Shown here: positions 29,172 to 40,066 of the stretch, in pieces
Layout of the letters: the number at the start of each line of letters is the position of its first letter
Position numbering within the stretch: the first letter of the stretch is position 1
NCBI GenBank assembly: GCA_964440795.1
Contig: CAYTTQ010000004.1
Span: 3,622-67,621, forward strand
DNA: 64,000 nucleotides
Direction: 5' to 3'
Origin: an uncultured Desulfobacterales bacterium
Lineage (GTDB): Bacteria > Desulfobacterota > Desulfobacteria > Desulfobacterales > C00003060
The notes under the pieces: model-generated
Seen by the model: the letters and a program-made list of their open reading frames with translations, nothing else
What the model was told of the DNA's origin: nothing
Database searches by the model: none
Position numbers and translations under genes: made by a program

Positions 29172-30031
29172 TATGTCTCCTTTCGGTAACACACGCCAAG
29201 GAGCGGCTGCTTCCCTACGGCGCCGATGACCACTCTGTCAAGATCATTGACATCGATGGATGCAACGTGTTTTAAATGTTTCCCCTGTCGAAGATAGGCA
29301 ACCATGTCCCGAATACGATTGAATTTTTGAGTATATCCGTCTCGTCCCAACTTTATGGTGATGCTGTTGTCAAAAGCCGAAAGGGTGATGCCGATTTGGG
29401 GATCGATATCAATCTGTTCTATGTCACGCAGCGGTAACACGCTCCCGTGGAGCCGGCTCAATTCAACGAGTTTTAAGAACACCTTTGTCCCGGGTGAGGG
29501 GCTTGTCCAATCCCCGGCGAAATCAGCCAGTGTGAGACCGGAGAGGCGGGGGACGGTTATGTCTTCGGGACCCTCAACAGGCTTAATAATTTCCCCGGTG
29601 GTGCTGACATAATAGTCCCGATCGAATCGAACCACCGCCGCCGGGGTATATTCTGTTACGAAGATGCGAATGGTGTCCGGCAGGTCTCGCTCTAAACCGA
29701 CTTCGGCAATCCACGGATTGGCCGATATCCTGTTTTGTAACTCCGTAAGGTTCATGGCCAAAACATTATCACCGATGCTGATTCGGGCCAGTTTCAGGAT
29801 CGCCTCCGGGGTTACCCGCACGTTGCCTTTAACGGTAATGCCCTTTGCACTAAAGTAAGGGCTTTGCGTCAACGCGTCATGAGCGAGAATAAAGACAAGA
29901 CTCACCCCGAGGGTGATAGCCAAAAAGACCGAGGCTTTAAGCGAAAACACAAACCGGTTGAGGACCCGTTCGTTTCTCTGTTTTCGACTATTCTTGTAAT
30001 GGTTCTTTCGAGGTCGTTTCTTGGCCGACAA
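29171..30031 (-). CDS. ftsQ: cell division protein FtsQ
   Basis: 286 aa. Basic N-terminus, single TM, POTRA-like region, and the expected position between murB and ftsA. Confidence 0.8.
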   Translation of the reverse strand: MSAKKRPRKNHYKNSRKQRNERVLNRFVFSLKASVFLAITLGVSLVFILAHDALTQSPYFSAKGITVKGNVRVTPEAILKLARISIGDNVLAMNLTELQNRISANPWIAEVGLERDLPDTIRIFVTEYTPAAVVRFDRDYYVSTTGEIIKPVEGPEDITVPRLSGLTLADFAGDWTSPSPGTKVFLKLVELSRLHGSVLPLRDIEQIDIDPQIGITLSAFDNSITIKLGRDGYTQKFNRIRDMVAYLRQGKHLKHVASIDVNDLDRVVIGAVGKQPLLGVCYRKET

Positions 30032-30941
30032 CGATTACCTCCCGCTTTAACTCGATTCCGAATTTTTCGTAAACAACCCGTTGCGCCCGCCGGGTGAGCG
30101 AAATGACATCAGCGGCTGTGGCACCGCCTCTGTTGACTACAAAATTGGCATGCCTTCCGGATATTTCTGCATTGCCTTGTCTGGTTCCCTTCAACCCGGC
30201 CTTTTCAATCAGTTCTCCCGCCGACGGTCCGTCAGTTGGATTCTTGAAAAAGCAGCCCGCCGTGCCAATCGGTGACGGTTGCCGGCGCTTCCTTTGCTTG
30301 AGCAGTTGTGTGGCATCTTCGTGCAAGAGCCAAGCATCCGAAGGCGTAAGCAGAAATTCGCCGCGTAGTATAACCGTGCCCTCCTTTAAATCGAGCCGTC
30401 GATAAGCGAATGGCAGGTCTTTTCCGGGAATGGTTTCGATTTGCCCCGCCACGTTGAGTACGGTGATGGCTGTTAGGCGTTCGGCCATACAGGTTCCCCA
30501 GGCCCCCGCATTCATTCTTATGGCGCCACCCACGGTGCCGGGAATGCCCAACGCGAAATTAAGACCGGCCAAACCTTCACTGAGGGCATACCGGCAAAGT
30601 TTGGACAGAAAAACCCCTGCGCCAACGACCAGCCGAACGTGTTTTCCTTCAGTCTGTCCATCGATTCTTTCAATCGAGGTAAAGCCGTTGGCCAGGCGGA
30701 CGACGATTCCGCAAACCCCTCCGTCTTTGACCAACAGGTTACTTCCGGCTCCCAGAATCATAACCGGCAGGCCGTTTTCTCGGGACCACCGGACCAACTC
30801 TTGAAGTTGTTGATCCGTTTTCACCGTGACGATGTTCGCCGGTCCGCCGATACGGAACGTGGTGTAGGCGGACATGGGTTCACCAAAGCGCACCATCGAT
30901 CCAAAGCGATGTTCAAGCCATGTTTTGTGCTCTTTTTTCAT
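29988..30941 (-). CDS. murB: UDP-N-acetylenolpyruvoylglucosamine reductase
   Basis: Start chosen at Met11 (ATGA overlap with the murC stop). FRIGGPA, GAGSNLL and the FAD-binding pattern are present. Confidence 0.9.
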   Translation of the reverse strand: MKKEHKTWLEHRFGSMVRFGEPMSAYTTFRIGGPANIVTVKTDQQLQELVRWSRENGLPVMILGAGSNLLVKDGGVCGIVVRLANGFTSIERIDGQTEGKHVRLVVGAGVFLSKLCRYALSEGLAGLNFALGIPGTVGGAIRMNAGAWGTCMAERLTAITVLNVAGQIETIPGKDLPFAYRRLDLKEGTVILRGEFLLTPSDAWLLHEDATQLLKQRKRRQPSPIGTAGCFFKNPTDGPSAGELIEKAGLKGTRQGNAEISGRHANFVVNRGGATAADVISLTRRAQRVVYEKFGIELKREVIVVGQETTSKEPLQE

Positions 30942-32302
30942 GCTTCCAGAAAGCCCTTTCCCACCTTCCATACATCTCCCGCTCCCAGAGTCAGGACGAT
31001 ATCCCCGGTTCGGGTGTTTTTCTGCAGATACGCAAGGGCCGAAGCGTGACTGTCGTGAAATGTTACCTGTCTGTGCCCATGTCGACGAATACCTTCATAG
31101 AGGGATTCGCTGCTGATGTTTTCGACCGGTTGTTCCCCGGCCGCATATATGGGGAGAACAATCAGATCGTCGGCTTGATAAAACGACCGGGTAAAGTCTT
31201 CAAAAAGGGCCGACGTTCGGGAGTATCGGTGAGGTTGAAACACAACGACAAGACGTCGTTCCGGCCAGGAGTGTCGCACCGCCTCCAGGGTCATCTTGAT
31301 TTCCGTGGGATGGTGACCATAGTCATCCACAACGATGACGTCCTCCCGAGTGCCTTTGACCTCCATTCTCCTTTGAACGCCCTCAATCCGGTTAAGTGCC
31401 TCGGCCGTTTTTTCGAAGGGAATCCCCAATTCCAAGGCGACGACAACACTGGCCATGGCGTTATACACGTTGTGTAGTCCCGGAAGATTCAAACAAACCT
31501 CCCCCAAGGGGATGCCCTGATGGACGATTTGAAAACAGCTGGTGAGACCCGTGAAACGAACTTCCCGCGCCTGAACGTCGGCCTGAGAGCTCAAACCGTA
31601 GGTGATGAATCGCTTTTCCACATCCGGGATGATTTCCTGAATTCGGCTATTGTCCAAGCAGAGCACCGATACCCCGTAGAAGGGGACTTTGTTGATGAAG
31701 TCCAAGAAAACCTTCTTGATTGTGTCTATGTCATCATAGAAATCGAGGTGTTCGGCATCGATATTGGTGACCACCGCTATGGTGGGCGAAAGTCTAAGAA
31801 AGGAGCCGTCACTTTCATCGGCCTCCGCCACGAGAAACTCTCCTTGTCCCAGGCGGGCGTTGCTGCCGAGACTGGCCAACTTGCCGCCGATAACCATGGT
31901 CGGGTCCAGTCCGCCCTGTTGGGTCACGTAACTGATAAGCCAGGTGGTGGTGGTCTTTCCGTGGGCGCCGGCCACGGCAATCCCATATTTTAGGCGCATC
32001 AGTTCCGCCAACATTTCTCCCCTGGGTATGACCGGAATCATCTCCTGTCTCGCCGTTGTACATTCCGGATTGGACGGCGATACGGCAGAAGAGACAACCA
32101 CCACATCCGCACCTTTTACGTGCTGCGGTTCGTGGCCTTCAAAGACCTGCCCGCCTAGGTCCGCCAGCCGTCGGGTAATCTCCGTCGATTTGATGTCCGA
32201 TCCGCTCACCGTATATCCCAAGTTCAGGAGCAGTTCAGCCATGCCGCTCATACCGATGCCGCCGATTCCCACAAAGTGAATATGATATTTCTTCTTGTAC
32301 AT
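30938..32302 (-). CDS. murC: UDP-N-acetylmuramate--L-alanine ligase
   Basis: 454 aa. HFVGIGGIGMSGMA and GAHGKTTTT. Confidence 0.95.
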   Translation of the reverse strand: MYKKKYHIHFVGIGGIGMSGMAELLLNLGYTVSGSDIKSTEITRRLADLGGQVFEGHEPQHVKGADVVVVSSAVSPSNPECTTARQEMIPVIPRGEMLAELMRLKYGIAVAGAHGKTTTTWLISYVTQQGGLDPTMVIGGKLASLGSNARLGQGEFLVAEADESDGSFLRLSPTIAVVTNIDAEHLDFYDDIDTIKKVFLDFINKVPFYGVSVLCLDNSRIQEIIPDVEKRFITYGLSSQADVQAREVRFTGLTSCFQIVHQGIPLGEVCLNLPGLHNVYNAMASVVVALELGIPFEKTAEALNRIEGVQRRMEVKGTREDVIVVDDYGHHPTEIKMTLEAVRHSWPERRLVVVFQPHRYSRTSALFEDFTRSFYQADDLIVLPIYAAGEQPVENISSESLYEGIRRHGHRQVTFHDSHASALAYLQKNTRTGDIVLTLGAGDVWKVGKGFLEA

Positions 32303-32384
32303 TAGAGGGGTCTAAATCCTTGACCTATGTTATATCTTTTTTCGGGCCTTTGATTCGCCCGGTATATACGGTTCCCTTGAGCCG

Positions 32385-33491
32385 CTATCGGCCGATGAGG
32401 ACCAACCGTTTGCATTCCGTTACCATGTGTTGGGAGGCATTGGGTTGGCCCAAGGCCTTCGCCCGAGTCGCCATGGCCCGCAAGTCCGCCGGATTGGAAA
32501 GGTATCCGTCGATTTTCTCGGCTAACGTCTGTCCGTCTAAATCGGCCTCCAGAAGCAACTCCCCGCCCGACGCCTCCGTCACCCGGCCGGCATTGAGCGC
32601 CTGATGGTTGTGCACGGCAAAAGGAAATGGAATGTATATGGCCGGCTTCCCCAAGGCGGTCAATTCGGCCACCGTCGTTGCTCCCGCCCTGCAGACGACC
32701 AGGTCCGCATTCTTGTATGCAGTCGCCATGTCTTCGAAAAACGGTCGCACATCGGCGTTCGTGCCATGACGAGAATAGGCGGCTTCCACCCATTCCAAGT
32801 CATTGGCCCCTGTTTGGTGGGTAAATTCGATTCTTTCCGGTTCATTCAGGTGGTCAAGTGCCTCGATAATTGCCCGATTAATCGCATGGGCGCCCTGACT
32901 GCCGCCCACAATCAGAAGGTTAAACAGGCGGGTGGTCTTCTTTCCTCTCCGATCTTCTGTCCGGTTTTCTCTCTGCTGGGTCGCCAGAATCTCTTCCCGA
33001 ACCGGATTGCCTGTGAGCACCGTCTTGGCCTTGTCGAATATGCCCAGCTTGTCAGGGAAGGAGAGAAATATGCGATCGGAGATTCGTCCCAGCAATCGAT
33101 TTGTAAATCCCGGAATCACATTTTGTTCATGAATGACCACCCGTTTTCTCATCAGTTTGGCGGCCAGAACCACCGGGCCGGAGGCGTAGCCCCCCACGCC
33201 TATGACAATGTCCGGATTGAAACGCCGGATGATGCCCACCGCCTGGAAAAAGCCCTTGGGTATACGAAGTATTGCCAAGAGTTGTTGCCATAGGGAACGT
33301 CCTTTTAGGCCGGCCGCTGCAATACTCATGTGCTTAAATCCCCTTCTTGCCAGTGTTGATATTTCAAGTTTATTGCGTGTTCCGACAAACAAGATTCGGG
33401 TGTCCGGTTCCTGACCTTTAAACGTTTCCGCCAAGGCGATTGCAGGGAATATATGTCCCCCGGTTCCGCCCCCGGCCACAAGGATCCTCAT
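32385..33491 (-). CDS. murG: undecaprenyldiphospho-muramoylpentapeptide beta-N-acetylglucosaminyltransferase
   Basis: 368 aa. MRILVAGGGTGGHIFPA. Confidence 0.95.
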   Translation of the reverse strand: MRILVAGGGTGGHIFPAIALAETFKGQEPDTRILFVGTRNKLEISTLARRGFKHMSIAAAGLKGRSLWQQLLAILRIPKGFFQAVGIIRRFNPDIVIGVGGYASGPVVLAAKLMRKRVVIHEQNVIPGFTNRLLGRISDRIFLSFPDKLGIFDKAKTVLTGNPVREEILATQQRENRTEDRRGKKTTRLFNLLIVGGSQGAHAINRAIIEALDHLNEPERIEFTHQTGANDLEWVEAAYSRHGTNADVRPFFEDMATAYKNADLVVCRAGATTVAELTALGKPAIYIPFPFAVHNHQALNAGRVTEASGGELLLEADLDGQTLAEKIDGYLSNPADLRAMATRAKALGQPNASQHMVTECKRLVLIGR

Positions 33492-33502
33492 TCGGGTCCC
33501 AC

Positions 33503-34642
33503 CTATTTCCGCGCCTTGCGCCGCCGGGCAGACATATGTTGCGCCGAGATGTTCATCAATATTCCGACGGCCACTGCGTTGATAATCATAGATGTACCGC
33601 CGTAGCTGACAAAGGGAAGGGTAAGCCCTTTGGTCGGCAGAAGACCCATGGCCACTGCGACATTAATTGATGCCTGTAATCCCAGCATGGCTGTAAGTCC
33701 GGTGGCCAGAAACGTCGCAAATAGGTCCTTGGCCGTTACGGCGATGATTGTGCCTCTCCAAAGGAGGACACAGTAAAGGCTTATCACAACACTTATACCC
33801 ACAAGCCCCAGTTCTTCACCAATGACGGAGAATATGAAATCGGTGTGGGGCTCCGGGAGATAAAACAATTTCTGGTACCCATTCCCAAGGCCTGACCCAA
33901 AGATCCCGCCGGAGCCGAAAGCCATGAGGGAATGCACAATTTGATAGCCGGCATCATTTTGGTGTTTCCAGGGGTCGATAAAACTTGCCAGCCGTTGCAT
34001 TCGGTATCCGGCCTGGCTCAAGACGTAGTAGGCCACCGGGAAAAGGACGACCAGCGCCCCGCCTAAGTAGCTTATTCGGGCGCCGCCGACGAACAGCATG
34101 ATCCACCCAATGAGGGCGATCATCACCACCATCCCGAAATCGGGCTGGAACAAAATGAGTGTGGCAAAGACAGCGAACAATATGGAATGCGGAAGAATTC
34201 CAATGCTGAAGGTCTTCATTCTTTCTTCCTTTTTGCTCATGGACTCCGCCAGATATATGACCAGGGCAAGGCGGGCCAACTCGGAGGGCTGGAAGGATAT
34301 GCCCAATAAGCTCATCCACCGTCGTGCCCCGCCTACGGTGCGTCCGATCTCGGGTACGTAAAGAAGGGCCAGCAATACAAAGGCGATAGCGAGGAGCGGA
34401 TAGGCACAGTACTTGTAAAGCGAATAGGGCACGTACCGGATGCCGCTCATGGCGGCAATCGCTATCAGGGCATGAATCACCTGCTTGCCGAAGAAGTATG
34501 TGTGGTTGTCGAAGCGCTTCATTGCTATCGTTGAACTCGCACTGTAGACCATGATAATGCCGACGCTCAGCAACAGCAGGGTGCTGATGAAAAGGAACGG
34601 GTCATACCCTTTGACCCTTTGGGTGCGGTCTTTCCCACTCAT
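33503..34642 (-). CDS. ftsW: peptidoglycan glycosyltransferase FtsW (SEDS family)
   Basis: Polytopic membrane ORF. Start chosen at Met9 (ATGA overlap with the murD stop). SEDS-like pattern and dcw position. Confidence 0.9.
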   Translation of the reverse strand: MSGKDRTQRVKGYDPFLFISTLLLLSVGIIMVYSASSTIAMKRFDNHTYFFGKQVIHALIAIAAMSGIRYVPYSLYKYCAYPLLAIAFVLLALLYVPEIGRTVGGARRWMSLLGISFQPSELARLALVIYLAESMSKKEERMKTFSIGILPHSILFAVFATLILFQPDFGMVVMIALIGWIMLFVGGARISYLGGALVVLFPVAYYVLSQAGYRMQRLASFIDPWKHQNDAGYQIVHSLMAFGSGGIFGSGLGNGYQKLFYLPEPHTDFIFSVIGEELGLVGISVVISLYCVLLWRGTIIAVTAKDLFATFLATGLTAMLGLQASINVAVAMGLLPTKGLTLPFVSYGGTSMIINAVAVGILMNISAQHMSARRRKARK

Positions 34643-35994
34643 TGCAATTGTCTCACAGACCGGCAAAAGATCTCGCCTCGGTGTGCATAATCCTTGAACA
34701 TGTCAAAGCTCGAGCATCCGGGTGAAAGCAATACGACCTCTCCCGGGTTTGCCGCCAAGCGTGCCGCTTGGACCGCCTCCGGAAGACCGGCCGCCTTTTC
34801 GGTCCGGGCATATTTGCCCAGGGCGTCTGCGATCCGGTTTTGTGCCTCACCGATAACGACAAGCACCTTTACTCGAGTGCGAACCAGGTTCTCAAGGATC
34901 CCATAGTCCCCGCCCTTGTCACGCCCTCCCATAATCAGGATGACGGGAACCTCGAAACTTTCCAATGCCCGTGCGACCGCATCCACGTTGGTGCCTTTCG
35001 AATCGTTATAATAATGGGTGCCGTCCACCGTGGTGACATATTCCAGCCGATGGCGAAGGCCGGTAAATCTGCACAGGGTTTCTCTTATTCCCGAGGGAGA
35101 AGCACCCACGGCCAGAGCCGCCAATGAGGCGGCGGCGACATTTTCCACATTGTGTTTGCCCGTTACCTGTAAGCAGGACAAATCAAATGTGTGGGGATCT
35201 TGTCCGGGCAAATGACAGTGTAGGCCCTGTCCGTCCAGCCAGGCACCATTTTCGCTGTTCCGGCCCGCATTGAAATAGAGTCGGGTCGCCGCTATTTCAG
35301 GGGCCAGGATTTCGGTGGCCCGATCCGCCTTGTTTAATATGGCATAGTCGTGCGGATCCTGGTTTTGGAAAATCTTTCCTTTCGACGCCGTATATTCACC
35401 AAAATCCCTGTAACGGTCCAAGTGGTCCGGCGTTACATTGAGAAGGAGGCTGACCTTGGGCTTGAACGTAGAAGTGGTATCAAGCTGAAAGCTGCTGATT
35501 TCAGCGACAATCACATCCTTGTCCATTCCGGCGTTGACATAATCTATGAGGGGATTACCGATGTTACCGCCCACGAATACCTCGAGCCCGGAACGTGCCA
35601 GCATTTGTCCGACAAGTTCCGTCGTGGTAGTCTTTCCGTTTGTGCCCGTGACGGCGACAATCGGATCCGATATATACTGGGTGGCAAGCTCTATTTCCCC
35701 GATAACCGGAATGCCTGCTTCCATTGTCTTTTTGATGGCTTCAATCGTGTGGGGGACTCCGGGACTAATCACCACGAGGGATTGCGAGGTGAAATCGCCG
35801 ACATCATGCCTGCCAAGTTTCAAGGTTACTCCCAACGAAACGGCCTCATCGACTTTGTCCCCTAATTGGTGTTCCGTCATTACATCCGACATGGTCACGC
35901 AGGCGCCCCGGTCGCTCAGAAAACGGGCCACGGCAAGGCCGGTACTGGCGATTCCGACCACCATGACAGGCTTATTTGTCAAGTCGAATGTCAT
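34639..35994 (-). CDS. murD: UDP-N-acetylmuramoylalanine--D-glutamate ligase
   Basis: Start chosen at Met30 (overlaps the mraY stop). [13 protein letters not shown], and dcw position. Confidence 0.92.
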   Translation of the reverse strand: MTFDLTNKPVMVVGIASTGLAVARFLSDRGACVTMSDVMTEHQLGDKVDEAVSLGVTLKLGRHDVGDFTSQSLVVISPGVPHTIEAIKKTMEAGIPVIGEIELATQYISDPIVAVTGTNGKTTTTELVGQMLARSGLEVFVGGNIGNPLIDYVNAGMDKDVIVAEISSFQLDTTSTFKPKVSLLLNVTPDHLDRYRDFGEYTASKGKIFQNQDPHDYAILNKADRATEILAPEIAATRLYFNAGRNSENGAWLDGQGLHCHLPGQDPHTFDLSCLQVTGKHNVENVAAASLAALAVGASPSGIRETLCRFTGLRHRLEYVTTVDGTHYYNDSKGTNVDAVARALESFEVPVILIMGGRDKGGDYGILENLVRTRVKVLVVIGEAQNRIADALGKYARTEKAAGLPEAVQAARLAANPGEVVLLSPGCSSFDMFKDYAHRGEIFCRSVRQLQ

Positions 35995-37073
35995 TATCGC
36001 AACTTCAACGTACTCAGAGAGAGTAATCCCAGAACGATAGCAATGATCCAAAACCGGACGATGACCTTCGGCTCCGGCCAACCTTTGAGTTCGAAATGAT
36101 GGTGGAGGGGGGCCATTCTAAACATGCGGCGCCCCCGGGAGACTTTGAAGAAGCCCACCTGAAAGATGACGGACAGGGCCTCGAGTACGAAAATTCCCCC
36201 GACCAATGCCAAAAGAATCTCATGTTTGGTGACGACGGCGATGGTACCGAGGAACCCGCCCAGAGGTAAGGAGCCCACATCGCCCATGAAGACCTGCGCC
36301 GGATAGGTATTGTACCAGAGAAATCCCATGCCCGCTCCCACTATGGCGCCCGCCAGCACAGCCAGTTCTCCGCTTCCGGGCACGTAGTGAATCTGAAGGT
36401 ATTCGGCGATCTTTACATGGCCTGCCACATAGGACAAGAGCACATAGGTGGCGGCGGCTACCGTCACGGGACCAATCGCCAAGCCGTCAAGACCGTCCGT
36501 TAAATTGACCGCGTTAGAAGTCCCGACGATGATGAATGCGGCGAATAAGACATACGTCCAACCGAGATCGGGATTAATTCCTTTGAGAAACGGGATGCTG
36601 ATGTGGGTGTCAAACTCGGGATGATGCCAAAGGAACAATCCGACCGTTAAGCCGATGACACTTTGCATGAGCAGCTTACTGCGGGCTTTGAGCCCTTTGC
36701 TCTTTTTCCTGACTTGCATCAGGTAATCATCGACAAATCCGATAATCCCGTAACTGATGCCCACCAATAGAACCATCCAGACAAAGACATTGGTTAAATC
36801 ACCCCAGAGGCACGTGGAGACAACAATGGAAAAAAGGATTAAGAGTCCTCCCATGGTCGGGGTGCCGGTCTTCATGGCATGGGTGGGTGGCCCGTCATCC
36901 CGTACATACTGCCCGATTTGATAGGCCGTAAGTTTCCGGATGATCCAGGGACCGAGAAACAGCGATATCAGCAAAGCCGTAATGGACGCATAGATGGTGC
37001 GAAACGTAATATATCGAAATACGTTGAACCCCGAAATGACCGTATGGAGCGGATATAGCAAATGATAAAGCAT
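35994..37073 (-). CDS. mraY: phospho-N-acetylmuramoyl-pentapeptide transferase
   Basis: 359 aa, polytopic. [13 protein letters not shown] and HHHFE motifs. Confidence 0.97.
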   Translation of the reverse strand: MLYHLLYPLHTVISGFNVFRYITFRTIYASITALLISLFLGPWIIRKLTAYQIGQYVRDDGPPTHAMKTGTPTMGGLLILFSIVVSTCLWGDLTNVFVWMVLLVGISYGIIGFVDDYLMQVRKKSKGLKARSKLLMQSVIGLTVGLFLWHHPEFDTHISIPFLKGINPDLGWTYVLFAAFIIVGTSNAVNLTDGLDGLAIGPVTVAAATYVLLSYVAGHVKIAEYLQIHYVPGSGELAVLAGAIVGAGMGFLWYNTYPAQVFMGDVGSLPLGGFLGTIAVVTKHEILLALVGGIFVLEALSVIFQVGFFKVSRGRRMFRMAPLHHHFELKGWPEPKVIVRFWIIAIVLGLLSLSTLKLR

Positions 37074-37086
37074 GATTAGTCGAGAT

Positions 37087-38487
37087 CTACTTTTTTTTGA
37101 TAGATTTGGCGCACAATGCGTCTACGATTTTTTCCATCGCCATCAGCCGGGATCCTTTAACCAGTATCCAGTCGCCCGGAGCCAGACGCTTTGTCACTTC
37201 CTTTACGATTTCCTCCGGCTTATATACAAAGACGCACTTGCCGTTCATGCCGGCCTTTTTTGCCGATCCAGCCACGACCTTCGCGTAATCCCCGGTGGCA
37301 TACAAGTGGCTGATGTCGCTGCCCGCTGCCAGGGTGCCCAGTTCTTTATGGGCGGTCACACTATGGTCTCCCAGTTCCAACATGTCTCCAATGATCAAAA
37401 TTCCCCGGCTTTTGCCTTTTAACTGGATCAGTGTTTCAATTGCCTGGACCATCGATCCGGGGTTGGCATTGTAGGTGTCGTCAATGAGGCGGACCCCTCC
37501 CGGCAAGTCGACAACGGTCATACGGCCGGGTACCGAAGGGGTCGCTTCCAATCCCTCCTTGACCTCGTCCATGGAAAGTCCCAGCCAATATCCTGTGGCT
37601 GCGGCAGCCAGGGCATTGTAGATAGCCCCTTTCCCCGGGGTTTGAAGCCGTATGCGGGTCGTCACATCATGCCAATGCAGATCGAATGAACAAGCGACGG
37701 CGGTTTGACTAAATGGAACGGCCCATACCTCGGCGGCGTTTTGGATCCCGAAACTCAGGACCCGCCCTGGAAACTGCTTGGCCAGCCGGCAGACCTTCGG
37801 ATCATCGATGTTCAACACGGCGGTTCCCTTCTTGCCCAAAACGTCGAGCAGTTCCCCTTTTGCTTGCATGACGCCGTCCAAGTCCTTTACGCCTTCTAAA
37901 TGTCCGGCGGCAACGTTGGTGATGATACCCAGTTGAGGATTGCAGATGCGGGCGAGCCGCTCGATTTCTCCCGGATGATTCATCGCGAGTTCGACCACCG
38001 CCCATTCGTGGGTGGGCGTTAGGCCGAGTAGCGTAAGTGGCACGCCGATCAGATTGTTAAAGTTTCCCTGCGTTTTTAAGACGCAATAGGAGCGTTCCAA
38101 GATACCGGCCGTCATTTCTTTGGTCGTCGTCTTTCCGTTCGTTCCGGTAACGGCGATTACGGAGGCCGGGGACCGTCGGCGATGAAACATCGCCAGATCG
38201 CCCAGCGCCTTGAGCGTATCGGAAACGGCGATAATGCAAGGCTTCTGAGCAAAGTCGATCGGCTGCGTGGACAGGTATGACTCACGGACGATGAGCCCTG
38301 TTGCACCTCGATTCAGTGCCTTTGGGATAAAGGTATGTCCGTCATATGTGTCTCCGGAGAGGGCGATAAAGAGATCCCCCGGCTGAGTGGTTCTGGAGTC
38401 GGTTGAGACGCCCGCACAAGAGGCGGATTCTTCTCCTGCCACCAGCCGTCCGCCTGTTGCCTGGAGAATATCTTTTGCCGACCACAT
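37087..38487 (-). CDS. murF: UDP-N-acetylmuramoyl-tripeptide--D-alanyl-D-alanine ligase
   Basis: Start chosen at Met44 ([13 protein letters not shown]), 7 nt after the murE stop. [13 protein letters not shown]. Confidence 0.9.
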   Translation of the reverse strand: MWSAKDILQATGGRLVAGEESASCAGVSTDSRTTQPGDLFIALSGDTYDGHTFIPKALNRGATGLIVRESYLSTQPIDFAQKPCIIAVSDTLKALGDLAMFHRRRSPASVIAVTGTNGKTTTKEMTAGILERSYCVLKTQGNFNNLIGVPLTLLGLTPTHEWAVVELAMNHPGEIERLARICNPQLGIITNVAAGHLEGVKDLDGVMQAKGELLDVLGKKGTAVLNIDDPKVCRLAKQFPGRVLSFGIQNAAEVWAVPFSQTAVACSFDLHWHDVTTRIRLQTPGKGAIYNALAAAATGYWLGLSMDEVKEGLEATPSVPGRMTVVDLPGGVRLIDDTYNANPGSMVQAIETLIQLKGKSRGILIIGDMLELGDHSVTAHKELGTLAAGSDISHLYATGDYAKVVAGSAKKAGMNGKCVFVYKPEEIVKEVTKRLAPGDWILVKGSRLMAMEKIVDALCAKSIKKK

Positions 38488-38494
38488 TTCCCGG

Positions 38495-40066
38495 TTACCG
38501 GTCACCGTTGACTCCTGTCCCCCGCTGTGTATCCGGATGTTCCCCAAGGACCTTGGTTGCCTCGAGACGATCGTCGAAGGGCAGGACTTGGGTTCCCACA
38601 ATTTGATACGGTTCATGTCCCTTTCCTGCGATTAGGACGCAATCCCCGGGTTCGGCCACCTGAATTCCCAATTCAATCGCCCGCCTGCGATCCGGCTCCA
38701 CGGTGTAGGCTTTCCCGTTACAGTTTAACATGAGTCTGTCGGATTCATGCTTGACGATACCTGCCACCGATGTCGTGCCGGCTTCTATGTCCGCCAGAAT
38801 ATCGAGTGGTGATTCCGTTCGAGGGTTGTCCGTGGTCAGCACACACAGGTCACTCAACCGGGCAGCGATTTTACCCATGAGGGGGCGCTTCATTTTGTCT
38901 CGATTCCCCCCACAGCCGAATACGGTTATCAGCCGGCCGGAGATGATGCCCCTCAGGGCGGTCAGTACATTTTGCAGGGCTTCCGGTGTGTGGGCATAGT
39001 CGACCAGTACGGTCAGGTCTTCCCGATTGGGAATGGATTCCAGACGGCCCGGAACGTGGGGCAGGCTGCTGATTCCTTCCCCTATTTTTGATAGGGGTAT
39101 CCCCATAGCGACGCCGGCCGCGGTGGCCGACAAGATATTGAGTACGTTATGGTGTCCCACAAGGGGAGAACCAAACCGGAAGACCCCTTTGGGGGTTCGA
39201 ATCGTACCTGTCGTTTTCCCGACAGCCACCTGAACGTTTTCGGCACGAATCTCACATTCCGGAGAAAACCCCGTTCGCAACGTCTTAACCGGGGTGTCCC
39301 GGCCAAGCTCTCTCCCGTAGCTGTCTTCCCAGTTGATAACGGATACGGCACGATCGGACTTGGATCCTCGGGACAGGTGATCAACGAAGAACCGTTTTTT
39401 ACATGCCCAATAGGTGGCCATGTCTTTGTGGTAGTCCAGGTGGTCCTGGGAAAGGTTCGTGAAAACAGCGATATCAAAATCACAGGCGGCAACGCGATCC
39501 AGGTCGATAGCGTGGGAGGAAACTTCCAACACCACGTGGGTGGCGTCATGGTCCACCATGTCTCGGAGGATACGCATTAAATCGGCTGATTCCGGAGTGG
39601 TCACGGAACTCGCAAAATGCTTGCCGGCGAACCGGTGGTCGATAGTGCCGATGACCCCTACGGGGATCCCTGCGCTTTTCAGGACGGCTTCGATCAAATA
39701 GGCCGTCGTCGTTTTGCCGTTTGTTCCGGTGATACCCACCATAAAGAGCTGTCTGGACGGATGGCCCCAAAAGGCAGAGGACACAAGGGCCAAAGCCCGC
39801 CTGGCATCCTCAACCTGAATTAGCGAGATTTCCTTTAATGTTTGCAAGATCGGTGGCGCCGTTATGACAGCCGACGCACCACGACGGACGGCATCCTCAA
39901 TGAATCGAGAGCCGTCTGTTTGGAGTCCCTTGATGGCCACGAACAACCCGCCCGGTTTGACGGTACGCGAATCGTAATGGATGGAGCGAATTTCCCGATC
40001 ACCTGGGCCGGAAAAAGACAGTACCGGTACGGCATCGATAAGAGCGCTCAGCTTTACCCCGCCCAT
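38495..40066 (-). CDS. murE: UDP-N-acetylmuramoyl-L-alanyl-D-glutamate--2,6-diaminopimelate ligase
   Basis: 523 aa. [13 protein letters not shown] and the DNPR motif (TTDNPRTE). Confidence 0.93.
   Translation of the reverse strand: MGGVKLSALIDAVPVLSFSGPGDREIRSIHYDSRTVKPGGLFVAIKGLQTDGSRFIEDAVRRGASAVITAPPILQTLKEISLIQVEDARRALALVSSAFWGHPSRQLFMVGITGTNGKTTTAYLIEAVLKSAGIPVGVIGTIDHRFAGKHFASSVTTPESADLMRILRDMVDHDATHVVLEVSSHAIDLDRVAACDFDIAVFTNLSQDHLDYHKDMATYWACKKRFFVDHLSRGSKSDRAVSVINWEDSYGRELGRDTPVKTLRTGFSPECEIRAENVQVAVGKTTGTIRTPKGVFRFGSPLVGHHNVLNILSATAAGVAMGIPLSKIGEGISSLPHVPGRLESIPNREDLTVLVDYAHTPEALQNVLTALRGIISGRLITVFGCGGNRDKMKRPLMGKIAARLSDLCVLTTDNPRTESPLDILADIEAGTTSVAGIVKHESDRLMLNCNGKAYTVEPDRRRAIELGIQVAEPGDCVLIAGKGHEPYQIVGTQVLPFDDRLEATKVLGEHPDTQRGTGVNGDR

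Noticed and set aside
29988-32302. Absence of ddl between murC/murB and ftsQ as an anomaly
   Set aside because: dcw clusters that carry murB here and place ddl elsewhere are a common lineage variation. There is no gap or remnant suggesting a deletion.
32302-32793. 163-aa minus-strand ORF covering the murG-murC junction
   Set aside because: It is out of frame with murG over most of its length, and its translation is Gly/Arg-rich and motif-free. The 82-bp murG-murC spacer needs no extra gene.
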